A stretch of DNA of 64,000 bases, taken from Trichosphaerium sp. ATCC 40318 (lineage: Eukaryota; Protista; Tubulinea). The stretch spans positions 620,001 to 684,000 of the forward strand of contig JALMLS010000093.1 of assembly GCA_038496445.1 (NCBI GenBank), written 5' to 3'. The notes below the pieces were generated by a model that saw only the letters and a list, made by a program, of their open reading frames with translations, made no database searches and was not told the DNA's origin. Position 1 is the stretch's first letter. Each line of letters begins with the position of its first letter. Both the position numbers and the translations under genes were made by a program. Positions 63,037-64,000 of this stretch are shown piece after piece.

Positions 63037-64000
63037 CTACTTTTGCGTGCAGAGAAGCTGAAAAATACGCTCACCAAGGCTTGGTACAAGCATTGAAATA
63101 TTTCCATTAAGCGTATCACCCTTAGTACACAGACATGCTATTTTTTCAAGGCACAAAAAAGTAAGTGTAGGTGGATTAGCAAAGCGTGTAGTAGCTTCTT
63201 TTGTTGATGCAAAGTTTAAGCCAGATCGTGTTGTTAAGTCTCTGATTTTAGAAGCAATAGGCACTTTGTGAGGAACAGTTACAAGTTCATTAGGTGAATC
63301 TATACCACATCTTCCATATCCACCATTCTGTCCCCAAGCCAAAACATCACCATCAGCAGTTAGCACTACGGAAAGTTTAAGTCAGAAAACACGTTAGCAT
63401 AACTTAACTTACCTGTCATATGATACACACCACATCCGATAGATACAATACGTTCTTGTATAGGTAAAAGCGTTGGTACTGCATTCTCAGAGTATTCATA
63501 TGTCTTAAAAAAATAATAACGACCCCAAGTAAACACTTTTCCCTGAACGGCAAAAGCAGTTAAAAAAAATCCTTTGAACTTTATAGAATGCTTATCGTTG
63601 TGGTTATACAAATTAAACTTACCTGATCGTTAAGAGCCATTATACTATATCCACATGCTTTGACTTGTACGATATTTGTTAAATTACACAACAAGTACAC
63701 TGACTGCTCTCCATTAGCCTAGAACCGATAGCTATTCGACATTTATTTGAAGCAACCTACCTGTCCTGTCCATGTGATAACACGTCCACAACAAGTTAAT
63801 GCTGCGCCATGATGATATCCTCCCTTTAACATTATCAACAAAGAGTAAACCAATGTATGTGTATTGTCTCTGAAACTTCTTTCGAAGCATAATAAAAAAG
63901 AAGTTTTGTTAAGTTTTACATACACTGATGTCTGCTATTTTGAACTGCTTAAACTCAGGTGTATCAAGTACTCTTCTAATACCTAATTTATCGATTTGAT
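63037..64000 (-). CDS. RCC1-repeat protein with C-terminal BC-box/SOCS-like motif; 5' part outside the window
   Basis: GGYHHGAALTCCGRVITW, GKVFTWG, SIGCGVYHM, LTADGDVLAWGQNGGYGRCG; C-terminal PPTLTFLCLEKIA...LVPSLGERIFQLL. Confidence 0.8.

Noticed and set aside
1-64000. Alternative genetic code, tRNA/rRNA genes, autonomous transposons
   Set aside because: Genes end in TAA, TAG and TGA, and in-frame stops resolve as introns or decay. No RNA gene, transposase or reverse transcriptase motif was recognised by eye; a covariance-model search was not possible.

Overview
AT-rich (about one-third GC by eye), gene-dense eukaryotic DNA using the standard code, with many short (~40-110 nt) spliceosomal introns whose donors are often GTACGT/GTGCGT. 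Gene content (tandem-SH2 RasGEF, PA-domain 7TM receptor, class C GPCR, Slo-type K+ channel) suggests an amoebozoan-type protist; this is inference. About 19 genes and several pseudogenes were reconstructed by hand. Main finding: the gene at 34053-37177 appears to encode a polyprotein: signal peptide, Reeler domain, membrane anchor, a second internal signal peptide ending directly before a His that opens an LPMO-like (His-brace) domain, then Cys-rich modules. Other notable signals: at least 55 copies of the palindrome CACGTG, mostly non-coding; a pseudoGTPase-PH-RhoGAP-SH2-SH2-RasGEF fusion; a ~4.5 kb imperfect palindrome carrying a bacterial-like secreted gene and its decayed copy; giant-virus-like F-box/MORN and LRR relics; an intron-containing bacterial-type GntP permease; a class C GPCR with two Venus-flytrap domains; and two GC-AG introns. 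All domain calls are motif recognition by eye, not database searches, and exon boundaries are manual.
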